Part shown: one piece after another, positions 29,290 through 36,673 of the stretch
How positions within the stretch are numbered: the stretch's first letter is position 1
Layout: each line of letters opens with the position of its first letter
IMG/VR virus record: IMGVR_UViG_3300025030_000076
Span: 16,306-80,305 of that record
Source: a virus
Direction: 5' to 3' (one strand)
Length of the DNA stretch: 64,000 nt
Program-made: the position numbers and the translations under genes
Notes under the pieces: generated by a model
Told to the model about the DNA's origin: nothing
Seen by the model: only the letters and a program-made list of their open reading frames with translations
Database searches by the model: none

Positions 29290-29379
29290 GGCTAACAAAT
29301 GCGTGCAGGCGACATGGGTGGGCGGCGGTCAAAATCGGACAGTCATAGCCACCCATGCGCCTAACGCAAGCCGTTCGGC
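29290..29379 (+). repeat. attC-like site 4
   Basis: GGCTAAC..GCGTGCAGGCGACATGGGTGG..CCACCCATGCGCCTAACGC..GTTCGGC. Confidence 0.9.
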
Positions 29380-29408
29380 GGCTACCTTATAGCCAGAAGG
29401 AGCAAACA

Positions 29409-29678
29409 GTGAAAATTTTAGGTGATACTATCGTGTGTAAGATCATGCACTCTCAATACTGTTTTTCGTGTGGTCGCCATTTGGCAACTGCCAAAACAAC
29501 CAAAGCCACCGAAAAGATTGTTTTGAAAAATGGCGGCTCGATCCGTAAAGATGGTTTTTATCGTGCGTACTGCGCGTCCCATGTGCCGCCCAACACGGCG
29601 TGCAGCGGATTGGCGGATGAATTATTACCCGGTATTGCGTTGCCCGAATGGATTTTGAGAAATCCCGCCAACCGCTAA
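29409..29678 (+). CDS. Cassette 5 CxxC protein reading through attC
   Basis: AAGGAG RBS, GTG start, stop in the L' TAA. Confidence 0.7.
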   Translation: MKILGDTIVCKIMHSQYCFSCGRHLATAKTTKATEKIVLKNGGSIRKDGFYRAYCASHVPPNTACSGLADELLPGIALPEWILRNPANR

Positions 29679-29693
29679 CGCAAACCGTTAGCC
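29588..29693 (+). repeat. attC-like site 5
   Basis: GCCCAAC..GCGTGCAGCGGATTGGCGG..CCGCCAACCGCTAACGC..GTTAGCC. Confidence 0.9.
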
Positions 29694-29717
29694 CGCTCTT
29701 TCGGGCAAGGAAAATCA

Positions 29718-29831
29718 ATGAACAAGAAACGAGAACTAATATTTATCACAGTATGGCTGGCTGGAGTCATAGGTTTGGTTTTGGTTGTATTACAGCTTCG
29801 CCAAATTTGTCCGTGTTGGTGGCTACCATGA
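29718..29831 (+). CDS. Cassette 6 small single-TM peptide
   Basis: MNKKRELIFITVWLAGVIGLVLVVLQLRQICPCWWLP; AAGGA RBS. Confidence 0.6.
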   Translation: MNKKRELIFITVWLAGVIGLVLVVLQLRQICPCWWLP

Positions 29832-29835
29832 AGCG

Positions 29836-29960
29836 GTCTAACAATGCGTGCAGTTGACGGCGGGAAGGCTCCCGGCTGTACATGCAACGCCTACCAATTA
29901 GAGAACTTCGGTTGTAAATGTGGTGCGGCAACCCGCCGCAACTAACGCAAACCGTTGGTG
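29836..29960 (+). repeat. attC-like site 6
   Basis: GTCTAAC..GCGTGCAGTTGACGGCGGG..CCCGCCGCAACTAACGC..GTTGGTG. Confidence 0.9.
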
Positions 29961-29985
29961 CGGACTTAGTTAGGAAAGGTAAAAT

Positions 29986-30219
29986 ATGTATCTAAAACTC
30001 ATGAATGATTACGAGGAAGAATTGAGACTAGCAGGAAGAAAAATTAAGGTAAACGATCATTTTGCAAGGTTTGATTTTGCAAGTTGGCTAGATAGACAAG
30101 CCGCCCAACAACCGCTTGCACAGCCGACTGGTTGCTGGGCGTGTGGCGATAAAGGTATCATCCGCGCCGATGGTATCGCTATCAACTGTTCGGTTTGCAA
30201 TCCCGCAACCAGCCGCTAA
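29986..30219 (+). CDS. Cassette 7 protein; its C-terminal CxxC...CxxC is encoded by the attC loop
   Basis: ORF track; stop in the L' TAA. Confidence 0.75.
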   Translation: MYLKLMNDYEEELRLAGRKIKVNDHFARFDFASWLDRQAAQQPLAQPTGCWACGDKGIIRADGIAINCSVCNPATSR

Positions 30220-30233
30220 CGCAAGCCTTGGGC
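30103..30233 (+). repeat. attC-like site 7 (R' degenerate, CTTGGGC)
   Basis: GCCCAAC..CTGGTTGC..GCAACCAGCCGCTAACGC. Confidence 0.75.
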
Positions 30234-30253
30234 GGAAGCCCTGCAAGGTAAAC

Positions 30254-30454
30254 GTGAAAGAAAGTTTTTGTGAATGCAATCACCCCCAAAGGTTTCATGG
30301 TACGCACTTGTCTGATGATACTTATGATGGTGCTTGCGTGCGTCAAACCTGCAAATGCCGTAAATTCCGCCCAACAAAGCGTGGGCTTTGGGCGTGGGCT
30401 AATTATCGTATTGGTGAATTTGTGTGGTCTTGCCGAGCGTGGTTGGATGTATAA
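30254..30454 (+). CDS. Cassette 8 Cys/His-rich protein
   Basis: GTG start; CECNH...H...C...CKC. Confidence 0.6.
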   Translation: MKESFCECNHPQRFHGTHLSDDTYDGACVRQTCKCRKFRPTKRGLWAWANYRIGEFVWSCRAWLDV

Positions 30455-30485
30455 ATCGCCAGCCAGTAATGCAAGACCATTGGAC
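30369..30485 (+). repeat. Degenerate attC-like site 8
   Basis: TTCCGCCCAAC matches the cassette start (C)TTGGGCGGAA; right arm eroded. Confidence 0.55.
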
Positions 30486-30506
30486 AGTGCGCTGTAAGGA
30501 GTAGAA

Positions 30507-30770
30507 ATGAACGTTGATTTAGAAAAAGAGATCGACACTGTTGCGGAATTCTGCTGTGACAATCCTAACTATAATGAGTTGCGCGAAGAAATTGCAACTC
30601 TTGTCCGTAAATATCATCAAATTGCTGGAGACTTGGCGTTGGAGGTTTGGAGATTGAGCCGCCCAACTACGGGTGCAGTTGACTCGGCGGAGATTCCCGA
30701 AGTTTTCAACCTGCAACCAAAAGTGATTGCAAAAGGTCGTATTGTGTTCGATGACCCGCCGAGCAACTAA
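30507..30770 (+). CDS. Cassette 9 hypothetical protein reading through attC
   Basis: AAGGAG RBS; stop in the L' TAA. Confidence 0.75.
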   Translation: MNVDLEKEIDTVAEFCCDNPNYNELREEIATLVRKYHQIAGDLALEVWRLSRPTTGAVDSAEIPEVFNLQPKVIAKGRIVFDDPPSN

Positions 30771-30779
30771 TCGTTAGCT
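30661..30779 (+). repeat. attC-like site 9
   Basis: GCCCAAC..GCAGTTGACTCGGCGG..CCGCCGAGCAACTAA..GTTAGCT, with a shortened L'-R' spacer. Confidence 0.8.
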
Positions 30780-30803
30780 GGCTCTTCAAGAAAGAAGGTA
30801 ATC

Positions 30804-31016
30804 ATGGAAAAATGTGATCGTTGTGGTAAAAAAGTAAAGGTGTATCCAACTCATTATTCGGCATGGAATGAACTTTGCCTGCCGTGTATCAAACTCATGG
30901 GGCTTGGTTTGCCTGAAATGCAACCAGCTAACAAAAGCGTGGAGCCGACTTGTCCAAACTGCGGCGAACCATTGCATTATCACCCTACCGCCGACTGCAA
31001 AGTAGCCCGCTCTTGA
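30804..31016 (+). CDS. Cassette 10 multi-CxxC protein
   Basis: CDRC, CLPC, CPNC. Confidence 0.75.
   Translation: MEKCDRCGKKVKVYPTHYSAWNELCLPCIKLMGLGLPEMQPANKSVEPTCPNCGEPLHYHPTADCKVARS
30926..31008 (+). repeat. Degenerate attC-like site 10
   Basis: CCAGCTAAC matches the cassette start GTTAGCTGG; R' is GTAGCCC (one T lost). Confidence 0.6.
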
Positions 31017-31027
31017 AAGGATAGGTT

Positions 31028-31240
31028 ATGAACTATACAAAAGCGAATCAGGCTCTTGCTAATGAGTTCGGCGCAGGTCAGGTCGAAGTCCATAAGGCAA
31101 AGAAGGGTGATCCGTGGGAATACACACTCTGGTTCTTGGATGATGATCCTGCGCCTGGCGTAATCGAGAAGGCTAAGAAAATCGTTGGTCGCTTCGAGCC
31201 GTCTCGGTGGTTCGATAAGTTGAAATTCCATTCCGAGTAG
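31028..31240 (+). CDS. Cassette 11 hypothetical protein
   Basis: RBS present; stop just before the R'' GGCTAAC. Confidence 0.75.
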   Translation: MNYTKANQALANEFGAGQVEVHKAKKGDPWEYTLWFLDDDPAPGVIEKAKKIVGRFEPSRWFDKLKFHSE

Positions 31241-31242
31241 CG

Positions 31243-31370
31243 GGCTAACACGGGCTTGCACAGGGACGGCTTGCCAGCCGAACATCGCGTGCAGTGGACT
31301 TTGGCTACTGTGTGGCAAATTTTTTGTGGCTCTATATCGCCGCCAAAGCCACTAACGCAAACCGTTGGGC
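31243..31370 (+). repeat. attC-like site 11: truncated left arm fused to a complete second attC (31277-31370)
   Basis: GGCTAAC..GCTTGCAC, then GCCGAAC..GCGTGCAGTGGACTTTGGC..GCCAAAGCCACTAACGC..GTTGGGC. Confidence 0.85.
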
Positions 31371-31397
31371 GGACTAGCTCAACAGAAAGATTTTGAA

Positions 31398-31622
31398 ATG
31401 AATTGTCAATATTGCAAACATTCGATAGACGAGCATGATAGTGGGGGATGTCATCGTAAAATTGACGGCGGTATCTGCGATTGTAATCATTCCCCAAACT
31501 ATATCGCCGCCCAACAAATGCGTGCAGGCGACTTGGCTACTGGTTGCCCGTTCTGCGGTGTCTCCGCCGAAGATATTGCATTGCTCAATGAATCGCTTGC
31601 GCGTGAAACGCCAAGCGTCTAA
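31398..31622 (+). CDS. Cassette 12 Cys/His-rich protein reading through attC
   Basis: CQYCKH...C...CDC; CPFC in the attC loop. Confidence 0.75.
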   Translation: MNCQYCKHSIDEHDSGGCHRKIDGGICDCNHSPNYIAAQQMRAGDLATGCPFCGVSAEDIALLNESLARETPSV

Positions 31623-31638
31623 CCCAAGTCCGTTGGGC
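31509..31638 (+). repeat. attC-like site 12
   Basis: GCCCAAC..GCGTGCAGGCGACTTGGC..GCCAAGCGTCTAAC..GTTGGGC. Confidence 0.85.
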
Positions 31639-31667
31639 GGACTACCCGACTTTGAAAGGAAAATAAA

Positions 31668-31856
31668 ATGTCAGACGAGAAAAAACAAGTAGTAATTCAC
31701 AGGGATGGCTCTGTGACCGAGCAAAGAAGTAATGATCTTCCAATTGTTTTGCTGCCATCAAAGCAAACCGCCCAACACGGCGTGGAGCCGACTGTTTGTC
31801 CTAAGTGCGGTCACGCTGTTGGTGGTCATAATGCACTTTGTCCAATTGGTAATTAG
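31668..31856 (+). CDS. Cassette 13 protein; CPKC..H..C encoded in attC
   Basis: AAGGA RBS. Confidence 0.7.
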   Translation: MSDEKKQVVIHRDGSVTEQRSNDLPIVLLPSKQTAQHGVEPTVCPKCGHAVGGHNALCPIGN

Positions 31857-31881
31857 TGGCGGCTCACGCGCCCCGTTGGGC
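31770..31881 (+). repeat. attC-like site 13
   Basis: GCCCAAC..GCGTGGAGCCGAC..GCGGCTCACGC..GTTGGGC. Confidence 0.85.
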
Positions 31882-31908
31882 GGACGCTCCGCCAGGAAGT
31901 GAGGAAGC

Positions 31909-32130
31909 ATGAAAATTTGTGATGCTTGCGGAAAAGCATGTTATAGTTTTGCAACTTACAAAATATGTAGGCATATTGTTTGTAGCCGTCACGAATATCC
32001 AGAAAGTTGCCCTGTGTGCGCCGCCCAACACGGCGTGCAGCGGACGACTGATGACGTCCGCGAAAATGTTGGTGTTTCTGAAAATGGTGAACTGCATTCA
32101 GTAATGCGTGGAACAACCCGCCGCCGCTAA
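31909..32130 (+). CDS. Cassette 14 Cys-rich protein reading through attC
   Basis: CDAC...CPVC; stop in the L' TAA. Confidence 0.75.
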   Translation: MKICDACGKACYSFATYKICRHIVCSRHEYPESCPVCAAQHGVQRTTDDVRENVGVSENGELHSVMRGTTRRR

Positions 32131-32146
32131 CGCAAGTCCGTTGGGC
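32023..32146 (+). repeat. attC-like site 14 (terminal)
   Basis: GCCCAAC..GCGTGCAGCGGAC..GCCGCTAACGC..GTTGGGC. Confidence 0.85.
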
Positions 32147-32152
32147 TCCAAT

Positions 32153-32173
32153 AGCCCCCACTTAGGGGGCTTT
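32153..32173 (+). terminator. Hairpin terminator closing the cassette operon
   Basis: AGCCCCC-ACTTA-GGGGGCT-TT. Confidence 0.65.
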
Positions 32174-32250
32174 GTGTTATAATCAGAACGAATGTGCTCC
32201 CGCGTGATGGAACACCGGGAGCGTGATCTCAGCACAACGGAGGTGCTTCG

Positions 32251-32739
32251 ATGGAAGAGATTTTAACACGCTTTTGTCCAAGGTGCGGGGTAGAGCATAA
32301 ATTATCGGAATTCAAAAGAGAACCCAAGCCAGGTAGATACCCAGGGTCATGCGTTTACAGCGGACGAGATGCGCGTATTTCTAAACCACCTAAAACAAAA
32401 ACAACAAAACCGCCTCCCGTTTATCTAGACGCCAGTTATCTTCCAAAAAAGAGGGTGGTAGGGTTATTTCCGCGTATTCAGACAATATTTTCCCATTCTT
32501 ACCGCGCTCGCGCCAACGGCAACAATGGGAAAATCATATATCAGGAATGGGAGGATCTGAAAGAAAAATATAACAATACCTGTCTGTGTTGTGGCAGACG
32601 ATCTCCTGAAGTCGAAATAACTCTTGACCACGTACTCCCCTTGAGTATGGGGGGTAGGAATACTATTGAGAACGCCCAGCCGCTTTGTCTTTCTTGTAAC
32701 TGCAAGAAAAGCACGAAATACATTGATTATCGCCCCTAA
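32251..32739 (+). CDS. HNH endonuclease
   Basis: CLCC...DHVLP...GG.N...N.QPLC..CN. Confidence 0.9.
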   Translation: MEEILTRFCPRCGVEHKLSEFKREPKPGRYPGSCVYSGRDARISKPPKTKTTKPPPVYLDASYLPKKRVVGLFPRIQTIFSHSYRARANGNNGKIIYQEWEDLKEKYNNTCLCCGRRSPEVEITLDHVLPLSMGGRNTIENAQPLCLSCNCKKSTKYIDYRP

Positions 32740-32969
32740 ATCTAATTCGATGCCTATTGAATTAGATTGACACGCGTAGCCGAAAGTGCTACACTTTAGG
32801 AGGTAGTGGCCTCTTCCTTTAGACCGCCGCCACCCGAATACAGCAGAGAAACCCTGCCCGACAGGAAACTAAAAGAGAAATCGCCGCCAGCGTCGCCCTT
32901 TGCTAGTTTCTGCAACCCCCGCTTCCATTTCCCAAGTCGAAGCGGGAGTGTTGTTTTTATGGGGGAGTG

Positions 32970-33512
32970 CTATCTTACAAACACCTGCACCCAGCCCAGC
33001 ACGTTCGTCGGATCTGTCACCCAGGTCGGCGTTACCCACTTGATCTCGAAATAATCCCCGGCCACTACCGCAATAGAGAGCGCCGTGTTTTGCACGTGGA
33101 ACGGCGACGCGTTCAAAGCCACGGCGCTTGAGATGGTTGTATCGGTCGTATTATTCAGGCGGAATGAGATTGTGCTTGTCTCACTCGTCCCGGTCGTGGC
33201 AACCAAAAAAACATCAGCGGCGACTACCGTCCCGGCGCGCATGACGTAAAGCCGCTGTATGGCTGCGGTTGTCCCAAGCGCTACATGCGGGAACGCGCCG
33301 AAGTAATAAGTCGTTGCATCAGCAGGATTGACGGAGGCGAAGCCCGCCGGGATTGCATAGCATCCCGCAACGGTGCGAGTATAGGTGGCGATGGAGGACA
33401 CGAGCGCGACTTGGTTGCCCGAAATAGGGAATACTTCCGTTCCAACCAGCGTTGTCTTTTCGCCTGAGGGCGCGCCTGTGGTTGTGTTGGTGCTTATATA
33501 TCTGTTTGTCAT
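32970..33512 (-). CDS. Virion/tail tip protein
   Basis: Thr-rich, beta-type composition; end of the tail operon. Confidence 0.55.
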   Translation of the reverse strand: MTNRYISTNTTTGAPSGEKTTLVGTEVFPISGNQVALVSSIATYTRTVAGCYAIPAGFASVNPADATTYYFGAFPHVALGTTAAIQRLYVMRAGTVVAADVFLVATTGTSETSTISFRLNNTTDTTISSAVALNASPFHVQNTALSIAVVAGDYFEIKWVTPTWVTDPTNVLGWVQVFVR

Positions 33513-33520
33513 GTAATCTC

Positions 33521-33742
33521 CTATGACCAGTTGATATGATCGCCGCTGTCATAGACGATAAAATCATCATTATCCCAAAGCAACTCAGCGCCCAGCACCG
33601 CCACTTCCGCCGGTCTGCCGTTGGACCAGCCCCCGGCCACGATGCGGGATACCGGCTCAAAGGTGAGCGGCGCGGAGAGATTGGTAATCATCTCGCCTAT
33701 GGCGTGGAAGCCGATCCCGTCAAAGCCGATCATTTCAGCCAC
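33521..33742 (-). CDS. Hypothetical tail-region protein
   Basis: Coupled ORF in the tail operon. Confidence 0.55.
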   Translation of the reverse strand: MAEMIGFDGIGFHAIGEMITNLSAPLTFEPVSRIVAGGWSNGRPAEVAVLGAELLWDNDDFIVYDSGDHINWS

Positions 33743-34452
33743 GCCTCTATCTGCACGTCATTGATAATCGTGTTCGCGTTCGCGCCCAAGTGGTTGTCGA
33801 ATTGAAAACTAACCGCCTGCGTTGTTGTAACGTTGAACAGGAACGGGCCAAGAAAAATTGTATCTGCCAGGATGCCCATCGCGGTCGTGTATCCTTTGCG
33901 GGTTCCCTGCCCGTATTGGTTGCACTCGACATGGACATAACCATTGAAAGCCGACGCCGCGTCGAATGTGACGTGCATGGAGATACTCGCCCAGCATGGA
34001 TAATTAATCGTGATTACGTCGCTTGCCAGCGTTGCTAGGCCGTGTTCGTCTGTCCACTCGGTATCTACATCCAGCAGCGCATTATCCACTGTATCATTGA
34101 CCACCAATGTCGATCCGTAATAGGCTGCAAAGACCGGCAAGTCCTTTCTGCTAGGACAAATGTAAACTTCGGATAATCCCGTCAATACAATCTTTGCCCC
34201 GGCATTTGTTGATGATTCTACCGTTGTGCGTGCCACTGTATTTGTTGCAGTGTTATATGCCCCCAAACTTATCTCGGAGTGTGTCGGGCGGTTGGATGTT
34301 GTCGAGTAGGTGATGATCCCAAAGCGCACGACTTCGCCGTTTGTGATCCCAGCCAGTTCCCAGGTATTGCAGCCGGGAACCGCGCCGGTAAGGACACAGT
34401 CGCTTGTGCCTGTGGTAGTTGAGTATTCTCTAGCTAAGTTTCTATATGGCAT
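33730..34452 (-). CDS. Tail fibre/tip protein
   Basis: RE.STTTGT..LTGA N-terminus typical of tail-tip proteins. Confidence 0.6.
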   Translation of the reverse strand: MPYRNLAREYSTTTGTSDCVLTGAVPGCNTWELAGITNGEVVRFGIITYSTTSNRPTHSEISLGAYNTATNTVARTTVESSTNAGAKIVLTGLSEVYICPSRKDLPVFAAYYGSTLVVNDTVDNALLDVDTEWTDEHGLATLASDVITINYPCWASISMHVTFDAASAFNGYVHVECNQYGQGTRKGYTTAMGILADTIFLGPFLFNVTTTQAVSFQFDNHLGANANTIINDVQIEAWLK

Positions 34453-34483
34453 AAGTTCTCCATGAGTTTTCTAAACGGGTGGG

Positions 34484-35323
34484 TTATCTGGTATCCAGCC
34501 GCACGATTGCAAGCGAGCTTGTCAGGTCAACCGAGCCGTCGGCATTTCTAAAATTAACTGTCAGTGATGTCGTATGACTTGCTGTTTTATGGATAATGAT
34601 CGTCCTGAATTCAGGCAAGAAATCTGTGCCTGATCTGACAAAATGAAAGCGCGGATTACTGACACCGCCACTATCCAATTGTGTGGCAAAGTGCATGTAT
34701 AGATCATTTGTGGCGGTTGGTGGCGTGTTCCATGCTGTTGTAGCTTCTGTTCTATAAGTAATTGCATAAGTTCCTGGTACGGCCAGTGTGACCGTGCTGC
34801 CGGAAGTCCAACTCATCGAAGTCCCGGATTGGAATTGAATTGCGCTCCAGCTAATCGCCTGGTTGAATGAATTCAGGGTCTGGGATGCAGCCGATAAAAC
34901 CAGTGTATCTTTTGCTACTGCGGTTCCCATTGCCCCGGCCAGTTCCCCGGTATTGGTAAATCCATATTGCAACACGCCGTTTTCGTCCATCACGACGAAC
35001 GGGTAGGTATTGCCGTCTGAGAGCGTGAAGCCGAGCGACGAGAAACTCACGCCGGGAGGCGGTATCAGCGTCCCGTATTCGGTCTGTGTCCAGCCCTCTA
35101 CTCCCATATAGATGACGTTGCCCACCCAGCCGACCTGCTGGGACAAATCCGAGAGTTGGTTCACCTGGACAATCGCCGCTTCCAATTCCGCGACCCTCTG
35201 TTCCAAGTCCTTGATACGGTTAAGGGCGTTGCCCGTGTAACCGACTAAATCAGATGGCGAGATGGCGCAGACGCCCGTATCTGTGGAAGAACCGCCGCCG
35301 CCGCTCTCATTCACGATTGCCAT
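34484..35323 (-). CDS. Tail protein (coiled coil plus C1q-like beta C-terminus)
   Basis: RIKDLEQRVAELE; PGTYAI motif. Confidence 0.6.
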   Translation of the reverse strand: MAIVNESGGGGSSTDTGVCAISPSDLVGYTGNALNRIKDLEQRVAELEAAIVQVNQLSDLSQQVGWVGNVIYMGVEGWTQTEYGTLIPPPGVSFSSLGFTLSDGNTYPFVVMDENGVLQYGFTNTGELAGAMGTAVAKDTLVLSAASQTLNSFNQAISWSAIQFQSGTSMSWTSGSTVTLAVPGTYAITYRTEATTAWNTPPTATNDLYMHFATQLDSGGVSNPRFHFVRSGTDFLPEFRTIIIHKTASHTTSLTVNFRNADGSVDLTSSLAIVRLDTR

Positions 35324-36387
35324 TAGATGATCTCCAAATTAAGCGGTGCTTTGCCTATTGTCAGGTCGTTGTAATCCAGTGATAATATCCGCGCGGCTGC
35401 GCTAAACCCGAAGCCCCCGCCGGGCTTGAAACCAACTGTATTATCTCGCACGGTGATGGTATTGCCCGCCGCCAAACTGTCAAAAGTCTTGCCAATATCC
35501 AGCGCGACGCGATGAAGTTTCATGCGCGGCGGCGAGTTATCCGCCGCTGTCTGCGCGGCGTTGGTAAGGGATGTTTGATCCGTGATGCCGGAGAAAACGA
35601 TATTGGTCGCCAGCACCCCATATTTATCCACTGATGCCTGATTGACCCCCTTTGCGAAATAACGGCTCTCTTTCGTGGATGCCTGGGAATATCCGTAGAT
35701 GACGTTATATGGTGTTCCCTGTTCCGTCAGGAGAGGCCCGCTGCCCTCGACATTGTCTCTTGTCAGTTCCAGGCGCGTGACCGCGCCCTTGCGCCTGTAC
35801 AGGTTGGCGTATAGTTGCAGATTGCCGCGCCCATCTATCTGCCCGGTCACGTCCCAATCCATGCCGGAATTGGCACATAATTTTTTGATGTGGTCATAGG
35901 CGGACGTGGCGAGGCTATCCCCGAACGTTTCGGGGATGTCCTCAATAACTCCCGGCTGAATGACAATATCGTCTGTAATCGTGTGTGCCATGTCCAGCAT
36001 CTGCTTGAACATGCTCCCTGGTGTGCCGCTTATCTTGGTCAGCGGCATGGGGCGAAAGGTTAATATCGCTTCCGCGCTGTATGCGGTTGCGTTCAGAATC
36101 TTGTCAGGCCAATTCCTATCAGGCAGGATGATACCCGTCCAGTCCGGTAATTTCCCGTTTGCTGTTCCCGCCGCGTCCTTGGACGGGATATGTTCCACGA
36201 ATACAAGGTTACCGTATTGCATGACCGTTTCTTCTTTTGGCGTGAACTTGTCCTTGAGATATGGCAAGCCTACGGAAAACTCCGCCTTGCCGAAGCTGTT
36301 CAGGAGCCATGAGCGTGGCGTCGTTGGTGCTTCTAGAAAACACAAAGGTTTGGAAAAATGGTCGAATATTCTCAAATTGCTAGGCAT
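35323..36387 (-). CDS. Minor tail/baseplate hub protein
   Basis: Position after the distal tail gene; size. Confidence 0.6.
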   Translation of the reverse strand: MPSNLRIFDHFSKPLCFLEAPTTPRSWLLNSFGKAEFSVGLPYLKDKFTPKEETVMQYGNLVFVEHIPSKDAAGTANGKLPDWTGIILPDRNWPDKILNATAYSAEAILTFRPMPLTKISGTPGSMFKQMLDMAHTITDDIVIQPGVIEDIPETFGDSLATSAYDHIKKLCANSGMDWDVTGQIDGRGNLQLYANLYRRKGAVTRLELTRDNVEGSGPLLTEQGTPYNVIYGYSQASTKESRYFAKGVNQASVDKYGVLATNIVFSGITDQTSLTNAAQTAADNSPPRMKLHRVALDIGKTFDSLAAGNTITVRDNTVGFKPGGGFGFSAAARILSLDYNDLTIGKAPLNLEII

Positions 36388-36403
36388 GTGTTAAAATTTA
36401 TCC

Positions 36404-36673
36404 ATGAAAAAGACATTGCACGGTAAAAGATACTTGCGCTCCAGGGCCAGCGTTCAATTTGGTAGGCGCAAAAAAGCAGAACAAAAATTCGAGCGGCTCA
36501 TATTCTTTCTTAACCAAATCCCAAAAATGGTAGAGGTTATTAGCGAAGGGCTTGTAGAACTTTCCAACGCTATACAAGAAGTCATGGAAAAAGTGCGAGT
36601 AATTTACATTGATAAACTTCATAACATCTATGATCCTACAGGGTTCTATCGCGATGAATCACATGCACGGTAA
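36404..36673 (+). CDS. Small opposite-strand moron gene
   Basis: Extended -10 TGTTAAAAT just upstream; AT-rich; fills the gap between tail genes. Confidence 0.5.
   Translation: MKKTLHGKRYLRSRASVQFGRRKKAEQKFERLIFFLNQIPKMVEVISEGLVELSNAIQEVMEKVRVIYIDKLHNIYDPTGFYRDESHAR

Larger units (their letters stand above)
27761..32146 (+). mobile_element. Integron-type gene cassette array without integrase (CALIN-like), 14 cassettes
   Basis: Single small ORFs, each followed by an RYYYAAC...GTTRRRY imperfect palindrome. Each cassette's 5' end is complementary to its own R'' box, e.g. GTTAGACCCC/GGGGTCTAAC and GTTAGGTGGC/GCCACCTAAC. Confidence 0.9.

Noticed and set aside
28092-32146. CRISPR array or REP/BIME interpretation of the repeats
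   Set aside because: The repeats are variable-length imperfect palindromes separated by whole genes, with R''/R' complementarity. There are no constant direct repeats with short spacers and no cas genes.
32251-32739. HNH gene as the array's recombinase
   Set aside because: It has ordinary HNH motifs, its own leader shared with the GIY-YIG genes, and lies beyond the array terminator; no tyrosine-recombinase residues.
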